Shown: positions 11,530 to 23,664 of the stretch, in pieces
How positions within the stretch are numbered: position 1 is the stretch's first letter
Layout: every line of letters starts with the position of its first letter
Assembly: GCA_038087875.1 (NCBI GenBank)
Contig: JAXLNO010000341.1
Location: forward strand, 124,001-188,000
Length of the DNA: 64,000 nt
Source of the DNA: Malacoraja senta
Taxonomy: Eukaryota
Direction: 5' to 3'
Program-made: the position numbers and the translations under genes
The notes under the pieces: model-generated
Database searches by the model: none
Seen by the model: only the letters and a program-made list of their open reading frames with translations
What the model was told of the DNA's origin: nothing

Positions 11530-12653
11530 ACTATAAACCTCCACTATAAACCTACTGACTCCCATGGCTATCTGGACTACACTTCTTCCCACCCTGCTTC
11601 CTGTAAGGACTCCATCCCCTACTCCCAATTCCTCCGACTACGCCGCATCTGCTCCCAGGATGAGGCGTTCCACACCAGGGCATCCGAAATGTCCTAATTC
11701 TTCAGGGAACATGGGTTCCCCTCCTCCACCATAGATGAGGCTCGCACCAGGGTCTCTTCCATACCCCGCGACACTGCTCTCTCTCCCCATCCCCCCACTC
11801 GCAACAAGGGCAGAGTCCCCCTGGTCCTCACCTTTCACCCCACCAGCCGTCACATACAACAAGTAATCCTCCGTCAGTTTTGCCACATCCAACATGACCC
11901 CACCACTCGCCACATCTTCCCATCTGCCCCCATGTCTGCCTTCCGCAAAGACCGCTCCCTCCATAACTCCCTTGTCAATTCTTCCCTTCCCTACCGTACC
12001 ACCCCCTCCCCGGGCACTTTCCCTTGCAACCGCAAGAGGTGCAACACTTGTCCCTCACCTCTCCCCTCGACTCCATTCAAGGACCTAAGCAGTCGTTCGA
12101 GGTGCGACAGAGGTTCACCTGCATCTCCTCCAACCTCATCTATTGCATCCACTGCTCTAGATGTCAGCTGATCTACATCGGTGAGACCAAGCGGAGGCTT
12201 GGCGATCGTTTCGCCGAACACCTCCGGTCGGTCCGCAATAACCAACCTGACCTCCCGGTGACTCAGCACTTCAACTCCCCCTCCCATTCCGTATCCGACC
12301 TCTCTGTCCTGGGTCTCCTCCATGGCCAGAGCGAGCAACACCGAGGAACAGAGCGAGCAACAAATTGGAGGAACAGCACCTCATATTCCGCTTGGGGAGT
12401 CTGCATCCTGTTAGCTCTTGCTGTCTCCTCCCCTTCCTCAGCCCTCGGGCTGTCTCCTCCCACCCCTCAGCCCTCGAGCTCCTCCTCCGCCTTTTTCCTT
12501 TCTTCTCCCCACCCCCCCCCATCAGTCTGAAGAAGGGTTTCGGCCCGAAACGTTGCCTATTTCCTTCGCTACATAGATGCTGCTGCACCCGCTGAGTTTC
12601 TCCAGCATTTTTGTGTACCTTCGATTTTCCAGCATCTGCAGTTCCTTCTTAAA
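11530..12653 (+). mobile_element. Penelope-like element (Neptune-type), 5'-truncated
   Basis: HYKPTDSHGYLDYTSSHP (RT thumb), Cys-rich linker, NLIYCIHCSRCQLIYIGETKRRL (GIY-YIG), hammerhead-core tail at 12527-12554; 8-bp TSD cagcttat at 11522-11529 and 12654-12661. Confidence 0.92.
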
Positions 12654-12950
12654 CAGCTTATTTCTGCATTTGGTCAAATCAGTTCAATGCATTCTAAATC
12701 AAATAGCTTTGTGTGAATTAAGTACGAAACCCTACCTAACCTCAGGAAGACTGACAGGTTCCTGAAACAACTAGGACTCTATGTTACCAGTAATTCCACT
12801 CTTACCCAATTCTTAAAAGTGTTTAATGCATTAAATGATCAGTAATTGCATGTATAGTTATTATTGGAAAACTGTATTTAAATTATGTACCCAATTAACT
12901 GTAATTGTTGGTATTTGGCTGCATACATTTTGAACGAGTGCAATTAACCT

Positions 12951-13253
12951 TAGTTTAATTTAGTTTAGAGATACAGCGTGGAAATAGGCCCTTCGGCCCA
13001 CCGAGTTTGCACTGACCAGCTATCCCCACACAATAACACTATCCTACACACACTAGGGACAACTTACATTCATACCAAGCCAATTAGCCTACAAACCTGT
13101 ACATCTTTGGAGTGGGGGAGGAAACCGGAGATCTCGGAGAAAACCCATGCAGTCACGGGAAGAACATACAAACTCCGTACCAGCATCTGTAGTCAGGATC
13201 GAACCTGAGTTTTTGGCGCTGCAAGGCAGCACCTCTGTGCCACCGTGAAGCCC
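12951..13253 (-). mobile_element. V-SINE (HE1-like)
   Basis: Same head, core and tail as 3062-3384. Confidence 0.85.
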
Positions 13254-13850
13254 AAACCTGTTTAAATCGTTTTGTTTTTTTCCTTTAATCATTTGTTTGA
13301 AAATATACTGTCCGTCTAATATACTCAGAGGTAGCTAGAATAAGTATTATGTTGTTAGATTGTCCAATGAAGGGTGTTGCTGTATAGTTCAGTTTAGTTT
13401 ATTGTCACGTGCACCGAGGTACAGTGAAAAGCTTTTGTTGCGTGCTAACTGGTCAGCAGAAAGACTGATTACAATCGATCCGTTTACAGTGTATTGGTAC
13501 ATGATAAGAAAATAACGCTATAGTGATTTTAATACCTAGTTTTATAATGTGAAAAGAACTATCAGGAATTTTCCATTGATTAAAGTTTTTTCATATCTCT
13601 GGTTAAGATCTTAATCTGTATATTTTGCACTCCAGTGTAGGAACCAAATTTTGTATACGGAAGCACTTCAACCCTTTTAGAATGAACTAGGGTCTTCTCT
13701 GGGTAATTTGAGTAAATATTCCCTGTTTATTTGTGACCTTGTTGGGTCCATTTACATTTAAAATTTTAAAAAAATCATTTATTTATTTATTAGCAGTTTA
13801 TTAGTTTGAATATATTACGGTTTAACTGTTAATTTCGCAATCAAACTTCT

Positions 13851-14126
13851 TTAGTTTAGAGATACAGCGTGGAAACAGGGCCTTAGGCCCACCGAGTCCG
13901 TGACGATCATGATCACCCGTAAACTAGTTCAATCCTACACTCTAGGGACAATTTACAGAAGCCATGTCTTTGGAAAATCGGAGAAAACTGGAGCACCAGG
14001 AGAAAACCCACGCAGTCACCGGGAGAGCATATAAACTCTGTACAGGCAGCATCCATAGTCTGGATCAAACCTGGGTCTCTGGTGCTGTAAGGCAGCAACA
14101 CTACCCCCTGTGACACTGTGCCACCC
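13851..14126 (-). mobile_element. V-SINE (HE1-like)
   Basis: Same family, with an internal deletion. Confidence 0.8.
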
Positions 14127-15697
14127 CCTAAACTCATTATTTGTACTGAGTTGTGAGAGTGTCTGTTCATTATTTTACGTGCTAATTGCACATAGGCCAC
14201 GTTTGTTCCTTTAATATGAGGTAACTGAGGCACATGCTTTAGAATTCTGGGTGGGAGCTCCAATAAAGTTAAATGGATGTCACCTTTATGTATATTTTAT
14301 AGTGGGTAGATTCAATTGTTTGAAGCTCAGTTAATCTGCTGCAGTAGTGATTGGTGAGTTGGAAGCAGGGATCATTTGGAAGGTGGGGGGGTGGGCAAAA
14401 AATGCAGAATGGGATCAGGTCTAGCAGCAGTTGAAGTGATGTCAGTACAGGTTGGTTTTGGTGTGGGAGGGGGTTGGGGTGGGTGGTGGTGGGGCTGCGG
14501 AGAGTGAACAGAAGTGTAGTACCGAGGATCAAAAGATAGAAAGTAATTAACAACATTTAGCAGAGTCCTAATCCTGAGCGGTACAGTGAAAGTAATGCGC
14601 ATTACCAGTGATGGTTGCTTCTTGGAACAATGGTTTGATTTTCCCATTAGCTCTGTAGGCATGGCAGGGGAATGATGCAATGTGACGCACAAATTGCATC
14701 AGGCACGCCAGAGCAACTCGTGTCACTAAAGTGACTGGTTGGATTTTGCCTTCTAACTGCAGGGTGGATCCATTCTCAGTTGTGCAGCACTGAGATGAAA
14801 TGTGCGAAAAATGTACTTTCGAGGCCAGTACTTAAAATGAAGATGATGCACAATTTGTTTCAACATGCATGAAAGTGAAGTAACATAGTAGATTGCCTAC
14901 AGAGATGTAGGCATTGCAAAATATCAATCAAGATCTTTTTGTTTTCCTTGTCTAGCTACACTTGTTTTTTATCTATGTTGTTTTAAAAACTACACACCTT
15001 TTGCATGTTCTGCCAGCGTTTAAATTTACAATTCCATAATCCTGCAGCCACTCTTGAAAAACTGAGCATGCACTGACATAAGTTGATCTGAATTTTTCAT
15101 AGAAAAATCAGTAGGAACAACTTATTTCTACTGTAATGTAATACATTTGTTGATTATCTGGATAAGTGTCTTATTGGTACAGTGGGTAGCAACATTGCGC
15201 TACCTCCAGTCCTGAGAATTTGACCATCTATTAATAAAACTGCCAAGATTTTTGGATATAAATTAGTTATACTGCAAGGAAATCACTGTACAGTAATATG
15301 CTGTTACCTTGCTCCTAGAGTTCAAGTCTGATGTACCTCACAAAACAGACTGCTGGGGTAAGCAGTTCATTTTAATGCTATAAGTACATTAGCTAAACAA
15401 TAAATTAATAATAGTTACCACCCAATGCATGTTTTAAGCTTGCCGTTATTTCTCTTAAACTTTAGTAGCCTCTAGGTAGAAGTAATTATCTGAAAATTAA
15501 AATAAGATTTGATATTTCTTCACTAATTTTAGGTCCTGGTTATTGACTTGGTCTCTTTAAGTAGCTTCACTTTTGCGTAGTATAGCACTTGCTTCTATTT
15601 AATAGTGTGTGGAATCTGTAGGTGGCATTGCCGCTGTAGCTCCAAGTGATAACTGCATCTTCTGAGTGTGTAAGGCATCCTGCGAAAAAACAAGGTG

Positions 15698-17084
15698 CAG
15701 TGGCCTCCATAATGTTTGGGACAAAGACCCATAATTTATTTATTTGCCTCTGTACTCCACAATTTGAGATTTGTAATAGAAAAAAATCATGTGTGGTTAA
15801 AGTGCACATTGTCAGATTTTATTATAGGGTATTTTTAAACATTTTGGTTTCACCATTTAGAAATTACAGTTGTGTTTATACATACGCGCCCATTTCAGGG
15901 CACCATAATGTTTGGGACACATGGCTTCACAGGCGTTTGTAATTGCTCAGGTGTGTTTAATTGCCTCCTTAATGCAGGTATAAGATTGCTCTCAGCACTT
16001 AGTCTTTCCTCCAGTCTTCCCATCACCTTTGGAAACGTTTATTGCTGTTTATCAACATGAGGACCAAAGTTGTGCCAATGAAAGTCAAAGAAGCCAATAT
16101 GAGACTAAGAAACAAGAATAAAACTGTTAGAGACATCAGCCAAACCTTAGGCTTACCAAAATCAACTGTTTGGAAATCAACTGGGTAGCCGCAAAAATAG
16201 GATGTCCCCAGGTTACAGTTTGCCAAGAAGGACTTAAAAGAGCAACCACAGTTCTGGAAAAAAGGTCTTGTGGACAGATGAGAGGAAGATTAACATATCA
16301 GAGTGATGGCAAGAGCAAAGTATGGAGGGGAGAAGGAACTGCCCAAGATCCAAAGCATACCACCTCACCTGTGAAACACGGTGTTGGGGGTGTTATGACC
16401 TGGGCATGTATGGCTGCTGAAGGTACTGGCTCACTTATCTTCATTGATGATACAACTGCTGTTGGTAGTAGCATAATGAATTCTGAAGTGTATATAAGAC
16501 ACATCCTATCTGCTCAAGTTCAAACAAATTCCTCAAAACTCATTGCCCAGTGGTTCATTCTACAACAAGACAATGATCCCAAACATACTGCTAAAGCAAC
16601 AAAGGAGTTTTTCAAAGCTAAAAAATGGTCAATCACCCGATCTGAACCCAATTGAGCATGCCTTTTATATGCTGAAGAGAAAACCGAAGGGGACTAGCCC
16701 CCAAAACAAGCATAAGGTAAAGATGGCTGCAATACAGGCCTGGCAGAGCATCACCAGAGAAGACACCCAGCAACTGGTGATGTCCATGAATCGCAGACTT
16801 CAAGCAGTCATTGCATGCCAAGGATATGCAACAAAATACTAAACATGACTACTTTCATTTACATGACATTGCTGTGTCCCAAACATTATGGTGCCCTGAA
16901 ATGGGGGAACTATGTATAAACTACATGGCAAAACCAAAATGTATAAAAATGGCTTTTATCAAAATCTGACAATGTGCACTTTAACCACATGTGATTTTTT
17001 TTCTATTACAAATCTCAAATTGTGGAGTACAGAGGCAAATAAATAAATTATGGGTCTTTTTCCCAAACATTATGGAGGGCCCTG
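15698..17084 (+). mobile_element. Tc1-family DNA transposon (IR/DR type), defective
   Basis: TIRs of about 220 bp (15698-15921 and 16872-17084), each with two ccataatgtttgggaca direct repeats; TA on the right and TG on the left; transposase remnants VKHGVGGVMTWACM, QQDNDPKH and SPDLNPIEH split across frames. Confidence 0.93.
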
Positions 17085-17167
17085 TATTTTCTGCATTTGG
17101 AAATATACAGAAATATACACAAATTGTGTAACAAATGTGCAGAAGCCAACAAGAAAGGACCTGTTGT

Positions 17168-17356
17168 GTAGGAAGGAACTGCAGGTGCTTGTTTAAATCG
17201 AAAATAGACACAAAAATCTGGAGTAACAAGGACAGGCGACATCTCTGGAGAGAAGGAATGGGTGACGTTTCGGGTCGAGACCTTTCTTCAGACCTTCCTT
17301 CCTTCTCTCCAGAGATGTTGCCTGTCCCGCTGAGTTACTCAGCTTTTTGTGTCTAA
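17168..17356. mobile_element. Penelope-derived fold-back mini-element
   Basis: Minus-strand tail with hammerhead core (ggtgacgtttcgggtcgagacctttcttcagac) joined to a + strand partial copy. Confidence 0.8.
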
Positions 17357-17889
17357 AAAGGACCTGGTGATGTGTTGAATCTGTCCTTGGTTCAACGATG
17401 GCAGATCATCACTAAGTGGGTCTGAAGCAATAATTCATTTCTCCTCTAAAACTTTTCTAGAGCCCTATTTGTCCCACTTTGTCAAGAAATGAAATTTCTG
17501 AATGCAACTGGAGTAGAGTTCTGACCACGCTCACGAACTATACATCTAGTTTTAAATCCTATTGACTTAGCCATACATGTGATGCACTCTGCATTCCACC
17601 AAAGGATGATGATCCTCACAATTTTTTGATAACAAATATTTTGCCAATTGTTGAACTAGTTAATCGTACATTAGTAAAAAAAATACTTAATATTCCTAGC
17701 AAGGCTACCAAAGGCAAAATGAAAAAGCTGTTTCTGTGGCACCACATTGTGTCAGTCCATCGTTCTTCGCTAACGATACAGAACAGTGTCTGACTGGCAC
17801 CTGTTTTATTCCTTACATTTCTTTAAATTTATTCTAGTAATTATTCTAGTTAAAATGATAATTTGCATCTGATTCTAATAAGTAGAGCA

Positions 17890-18495
17890 AGTTAGACTTG
17901 GTGAAATAAATTGCTCAATCAGGGTATTGAGTATAGACAGACGTTGGGACAGTTATGTAACAGTTGTACAGGATGCTAATGAGGCCATATTTGGAGTACT
18001 GTATTCAGATTTGGTCGCCCTGCTATCGGAAGCATGTCATTAAGATGGAGAGAGTCCAGAGAAGATTAGCAAAGGTGTTGAAGGGCTGAAATGTACCGAG
18101 GGGTTGGGCAGGCTTTGACATTATTCCTTGGAGTGCATGTTGAGGGGTAATCTTATAGAGGTGTATACAATCAAGAGGGGAAATAGATGGGTGAATGCAC
18201 TGAATTTTTTACTCAGAGTAGAGGAATCAAAAAATAAGAGGACATATGTTTAAGATGTAACATTTAATACCAACCTGAGGGGCAACTTTTTCACTCAGAG
18301 GGTGGTGGGTATATGGAATGAGCAGCCAGAGGAGATAGTTGATACTATAATAACATTTAATAGACACTTGGACATCCAGGTATATGGGTAGGAAAGGTTT
18401 AGAAGACTATGGGCCAAATACAGACCAATTGGACTAGCTTGGTTGGCAAGGACAAATTGGGACGAAGGGCCTGTTTCTGTGCTATGTGACTCTAA
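17890..18495 (+). mobile_element. CR1 LINE degenerate 3' fragment
   Basis: RPYLEYC...WSP motif and tail gaagggcctgtttctgtgct. Confidence 0.8.
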
Positions 18496-19870
18496 TTTGG
18501 GTCAGCCAGCATCTATGGAGAGGAAACCAAGTTAATATCTCAAGTCAATAATGTTTCATTTGATTCCAGTCTTTTTTCTCTCTCTCCACAGATGTTGCCT
18601 AACCTGAGAGTTTCCAGTTTTATTTTTGTTTCATTTCAGATGTACAGAATTTGTAGTATTCTACTCTCGGACAGGAGCAGTTAAGGTTTCTGAACTCGGA
18701 TTGGTTGTTCAAAGTGTATTAAGAAATATTACATTTCCTTTCGTCTCTTGCAGAATAGTTGCTCAAATGCAGGTGCTGGATTTGCTGTTTGATTCATTAC
18801 TCTAAGTGACGAGCTTCTCAGCTTTAATCCTATCTATTTTCGGTAACTGCTGCGGTTTAACTCTAAAATGTGAAGTGCTAATTATTGTAGGTAATGAGGC
18901 CTCACGTAGGTAAAATTATTATTTTTTGACGTCAGATGTTTATGGCACTAATAAATGATTTAAGTGTTGGATAATAAATGTGAATGTACCACTGCTAACT
19001 TTGTTTTTGTTTTTAATACAATCCCATTTTCAGCAATTGCACTGAGTAGCAGTTCTAGTGTATGTCTAGTGTATTGCTGAGGATTGAAGCTGAAAGATAT
19101 ATGGCAAAAAATTAAAAAAAACTTTCATGCTTAACTGCGCACATGTGGAAGCCAGATAATTTACTCATTGTTAACTTTCCGATTAACAAACATGATGAAT
19201 TTTTTATATTTCATGATGAAGGAACAAAATTGCACTTCTAACTGGGTTAGCACGTGGTTTAGCATTGCACAAGTCACCGTGATTTTCAATGTTGCAGTAA
19301 ACTTTGTAAAAGCAAGCATCTGCGAGATTTGGCATTACTTCAATTCCTGGAGGAACGTTAATTTTAGCAGCCTTGAATATAATGCAGCAAAATCCTTCCA
19401 TCTCAAATTTCACTGTACCTTAATTGATACATGTGACAATTAAATTAAATCTTGAATCTATCTCCAGGATAGGAAAACCAAGCACTGAGCTGACGTAAAC
19501 AATCCATTTGCAGGAAGTTTTTAAAAAATCATCTGATTCTCTAACTCAGCCAAGCCAAACAGGCTGCAGTAATAGCCATTGCTCAATTTCATGTATATTT
19601 TACACATTTAAACAAAATGCCTAAATATATGACTTTAAGGGTATCTGGTACACCGATGGGTGCTGCATATGCCACTAATACCAAATCTGGTCACCAAAAC
19701 TGAGCATGAAATTGGACCATCCTTGCGGTGGGGACTTGCTTTAGTAATTTAAGTCAAGAGTGTTTTGTTGTCATATGTCCCCGAAATTCTTACTTGCAGT
19801 CAGCACAACAGAATATGTAAACATAGTACAGTGTAAACAAAATAATAAACAAGAGAGAAAAAAAGTTCAG

Positions 19871-19900
19871 TGTATGTGTATGTATGTATGTATGTATATA

Positions 19901-19948
<48 letters not shown>

Positions 19949-19960
19949 ATATACATTTTC

Positions 19961-20010
<50 letters not shown>
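19871..20010. repeat. (TA)n/(TG)n/(TATG)n microsatellite
   Basis: Directly visible. Confidence 0.98.
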
Positions 20011-20011
<1 letters not shown>

Positions 20012-21005
20012 GATCTTATATACACGCAAACGCACACATAATTGTAGTAGAGATAGGGTATGCATCACTTTAAAAGCATTAAAACCTGGAAAATAAGGGC
20101 AGGGCAAATTGCTTCAAATAACAGAAAATCTATGACGCAAAATGGCATGGTTCTATGATGGCATGGTTCAGTCTAGCAACCCATGCATTTCGGCCTGAGC
20201 ATAATCTCCCAGGGCAGAGGTCTGTCTCAGTGGATGGAGTAGACCGATGACACCCCATGATAGGGTGTGGTCCCAGGCTCCCCATATTCAGCAGCAGCAT
20301 TGTGCTCTCACATTACGAGTTCTAAGAGCTCCAGTTAGTCATTCTCTCGCACATTGATCTCTACAGGTGCTTGATTATAAGGGGTGATTTTAACTTCCAC
20401 ACTCTGGGAGACACTTTAATTCAGGCAGAGTTCATTATTTTCGGTGTGATACGCATCACATTTTATTGTGAGTTAATTTCAAAAAGGTCAAGTTGCATCC
20501 GTCCATTTTGATCCAGTTTTTGTTGGCTTTCTTTGCCTCACAAATTGGTTTGACTCTTTTGTAGGAGGTGACCAAGGGGATTGACAAAGTCTTTGTAGAC
20601 TTCAGCAAAGCCTAATGCAGAAGGTTAGAATATGTTACTCTCTAAACCTATGAAAATAATTTAAACACGAAAACATCATCAAGTACATAAAATACAAAGA
20701 GGAAATGACACTTGTATAAAAGTGGACTGCCATAGTAAGTGACAAGGCCTTTTTCCTGACAGGCAGGATTTTAACTGGAATAGGTGAGAACACTTAAAAA
20801 TAGGTGCATAAAGCCTTTCCACATGCAAGTTAAGCATGAAACAAAACATTAATGGCTCCAATAGTCATGCAACATTTTGTACAGTCCTTTTTCTGCATTG
20901 CACAGCCTTCAGAAAAAAAAAATCCTTGTTATTCATAAATAGCTTAATTTTGGTACGATTATATTATGCCTCATTATCTTGGTGTCTTTTTTTCCCTCTT
21001 TAAAG

Positions 21006-21157
21006 TATTATCGGAGCTGTGCGTACTGGAGCGTACATGGTGTATATCCTGACAACCAGTGGCTTGAAGCAGTCGGTATGTGATCAAGGTTTCTACAATG
21101 GGCCGATCAGCAAATTCTGGGCATATGCATTTGTGTTGAGCAAAGCACCTGAGCTAG
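21006..21157 (+). CDS. ELOVL6: ELOVL6 penultimate coding exon (152 bp)
   Basis: Polypyrimidine tract plus AG at 21004-21005 and donor G|GTGAGT; encodes [50 protein letters not shown](G), nearly identical to vertebrate ELOVL6; splices in frame to 26546. Confidence 0.95.
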
Positions 21158-22042
21158 GTGAGTGAGGCAGAAAATGTTGTTTTCTCTGAATGCTCTGAGC
21201 TAATCAATGGTGAAAATTGTACTTTGCAGAAATCATGAGCCGAAGTCACTGATATTAATCAAACACTGTTTTATTCTCTCTGTATAGAATGCGTGTGGTT
21301 GTCGTGGAACAATGAAAACAAAAGAGAATGACTCTTTGCTTTTAATTTGACTTGATGCCAGATTCTGGGTTTAAAGCTATTCTAAGCGACATCGTGATTC
21401 GAGCCATATCAGTAATTACATTGTACTTGGACAATCTAAAGCTCAGTCTGCATCTCCGGCTGGCTAATCCTGCTTGGTTGCAGTCTCTTGCCTTGCTTGT
21501 AAATGACTTTCTGCCTTGCCTCCCCATTGCTCCTCAGAGAATTCTTAAATGGTGAATGAAAGTTGTCTGTGGTGACATTAAATCTACCTGAAAAATATTT
21601 TCACTTCATGTCCTCCTCTACTATTTTGTGCTTTAATATTATAGATGCAGATATGTATATTATAGATATTGTATAGATTATTTGTGCACACATCACCACT
21701 GAAAGGGAACCCCAGGGTTCAAGGCTGAGCTGTCTGGCAGCTGCCTTGGTACCTGCGATCTGCGTCTTTCAGTGGAGTGACTAATTGGACTGTCAGACCA
21801 GGGCACTGTTTCCTGCTGCAACACTTTCAGATGTGTTTAAGTACTGAGTGACTATTTTTCCACAGGCTCCTGTGCACAACTTGACTCTCCTTTTATTTTA
21901 GTTCAGTCTTCTGCCATATTCAAACCCTTTCATCTAGACGCTCGAAATGGTGTGGCAGGAATGAGAACACTAATGGAATTGGTGCTAGCATTCTATGCAG
22001 CACCAAGGATTGTGATAGCATTCTATGCAGAGAGAAGTGTTA

Positions 22043-22537
22043 AGGGCCTGTCCCACGGGCATGCGACTCCATGCAGCAAGCGGGACCCAACCGCAAACGG
22101 GGACCGCGCGGAGGTCGAGTGATCCCCGTACAGGGCCGGTCCCACTAGCATGCGGCTGCATGCGGCAAGAGCTACCAAATCGGAAGCAGGGGCCGCGCGG
22201 AGGTCGAGTGACGTGAAGACAGTGCGCACGGCGGCGAGGCGGTGCGCACGGCCTCGATGCGGCTGCGTCCGGCGTCGAGGCGGTGCGCACGGCCGTCGAT
22301 GCGGCGCGCACGGCCTCGATGCGGCTGCGGGGCGGTAGACCGTTGCCGCACGGAATTTTTGAACAGTCAGTTTTTCGGAGCCCCGCGCGATGTCGGGACC
22401 AGCTCCGCACAACTCCATGCGGCTCCCACGATCGAAGTGGGACCGGCCCCGCGACCTCCGCGCGGCCCCCGCACAGCCCCCGCTTGCGGTTAGGTCGCGC
22501 TTGCCGCATGGAGTCGCATGCCCGTGGGACAGGCCTT
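22043..22537. mobile_element. GC-rich MITE, PIF/Harbinger-like
   Basis: TIRs of about 60 bp starting agggcctgtcccacgggcatgcgactccatgc, TTA on both sides (22040-22042, 22538-22540), internal tandem gcggtgcgcacggc units. Confidence 0.85.
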
Positions 22538-22579
22538 TTACTGGCAGTACTGCTGCAGAAGGAACTTGGTGCCCTCTTG

Positions 22580-22940
22580 TAAGATCATAAGATCATGAGT
22601 TAGGAGTAGAATTTGGCCATTTGGTCCATCAAGTCTACTCCGCCATTCAATTATGGCTGATCTATCTCTCACTCCTAACCCCCCCCCCCCCCCCCCCATT
22701 CTCCTGCCTTCTCCCCATAACTTCTGACACGCGTACTAATCAAAAATGTATCTATCTCTGCCTTAAAAATATCCAGTGACTTAGCCTCCAGAGCCTTGTG
22801 CGGCAAAGAATTCCACGGATTCTGACTAAATAAATTTCTCCTCATCTCCTTCCTAAATCCTCATCTCCATTTCCATCATAAGAGATAGTAGTAGAATTAG
22901 GCCATTCGTCCCACCAAGTCTACTCTGCTACCATCAAGTC
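22580..22940 (-). mobile_element. CR1 3' tails (two fragments, with a poly-C run)
   Basis: Reverse complement of the CR1 3' UTR seen at 1560-1710. Confidence 0.75.
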
Positions 22941-23371
22941 TGTAGCAATGAATTTCAGACAACTCTGTGGCAACGGGCTGACAGTGAGGGCTGGTGCTGA
23001 GTGGATTGTGGTGAACCGTGCGGTCCCTCAGTGTTGAGGCGTGGGGCTTTGCTGTATCTGCGGTGAGCGTGATCATGGCCGGGGTGCGGCCAGCCACTGC
23101 TCCATGTTTTTACACATCACCCGGTTCCTACGGTCGGTCACCTGCTGGACCTGATGCGCGAGTTCTCCCCGGTGCTTTTCACCTACCGTCACCTCCAACA
23201 GAGAGGGGGGGTGAGAAGGATTGTAGGAACCAGACGGTCAGTCAGCGTTTGGAGTACTCGATCGTCAGCAATGGCTGTACTCACCGTGCACCTCGTTGCT
23301 GAGTCCGCACATTACTTGCCCAACCCCGCCCGACACAAACCCTCAGAGACAGGGTATCTCCAGGCTCAGTG

Positions 23372-23661
23372 TAGTTTAGTTTAGAGATACAGCGCAGAAA
23401 CAGGCCCTTCAGCCCACCGAGTCCGTGCCCACCATCAATCACCCCGTACACTGGCACTATCCTACACATACTAGGGACAATTTACAATTTTACCAAACCC
23501 AATTAACTTATAAACCTGTACGTCTTTGGAGTGTGGGAGGAAACCCACGTGGGTCACGGGAGAATGTACAAACTCCGTACAGACAGCGCCCGTGATCAGG
23601 ATCGAACTCGGGTCTCTGCCGCTATGAGGCAGCAACTCTACTGCTATGCCACCGTGCCACC
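23372..23661 (-). mobile_element. V-SINE (HE1-like)
   Basis: Same family as 3062-3384. Confidence 0.85.
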
Positions 23662-23664
23662 TGG

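Noticed and set aside
19760..20073. YIYI-repeat ORFs
   Set aside because: They are translations of the (TA)n microsatellite.
21985..22590. Cluster of overlapping Arg/Ala-rich ORFs and apparent CpG-island promoter
   Set aside because: Explained by a GC-rich MITE with TIRs and TSD; stop codons are rare because of base composition.
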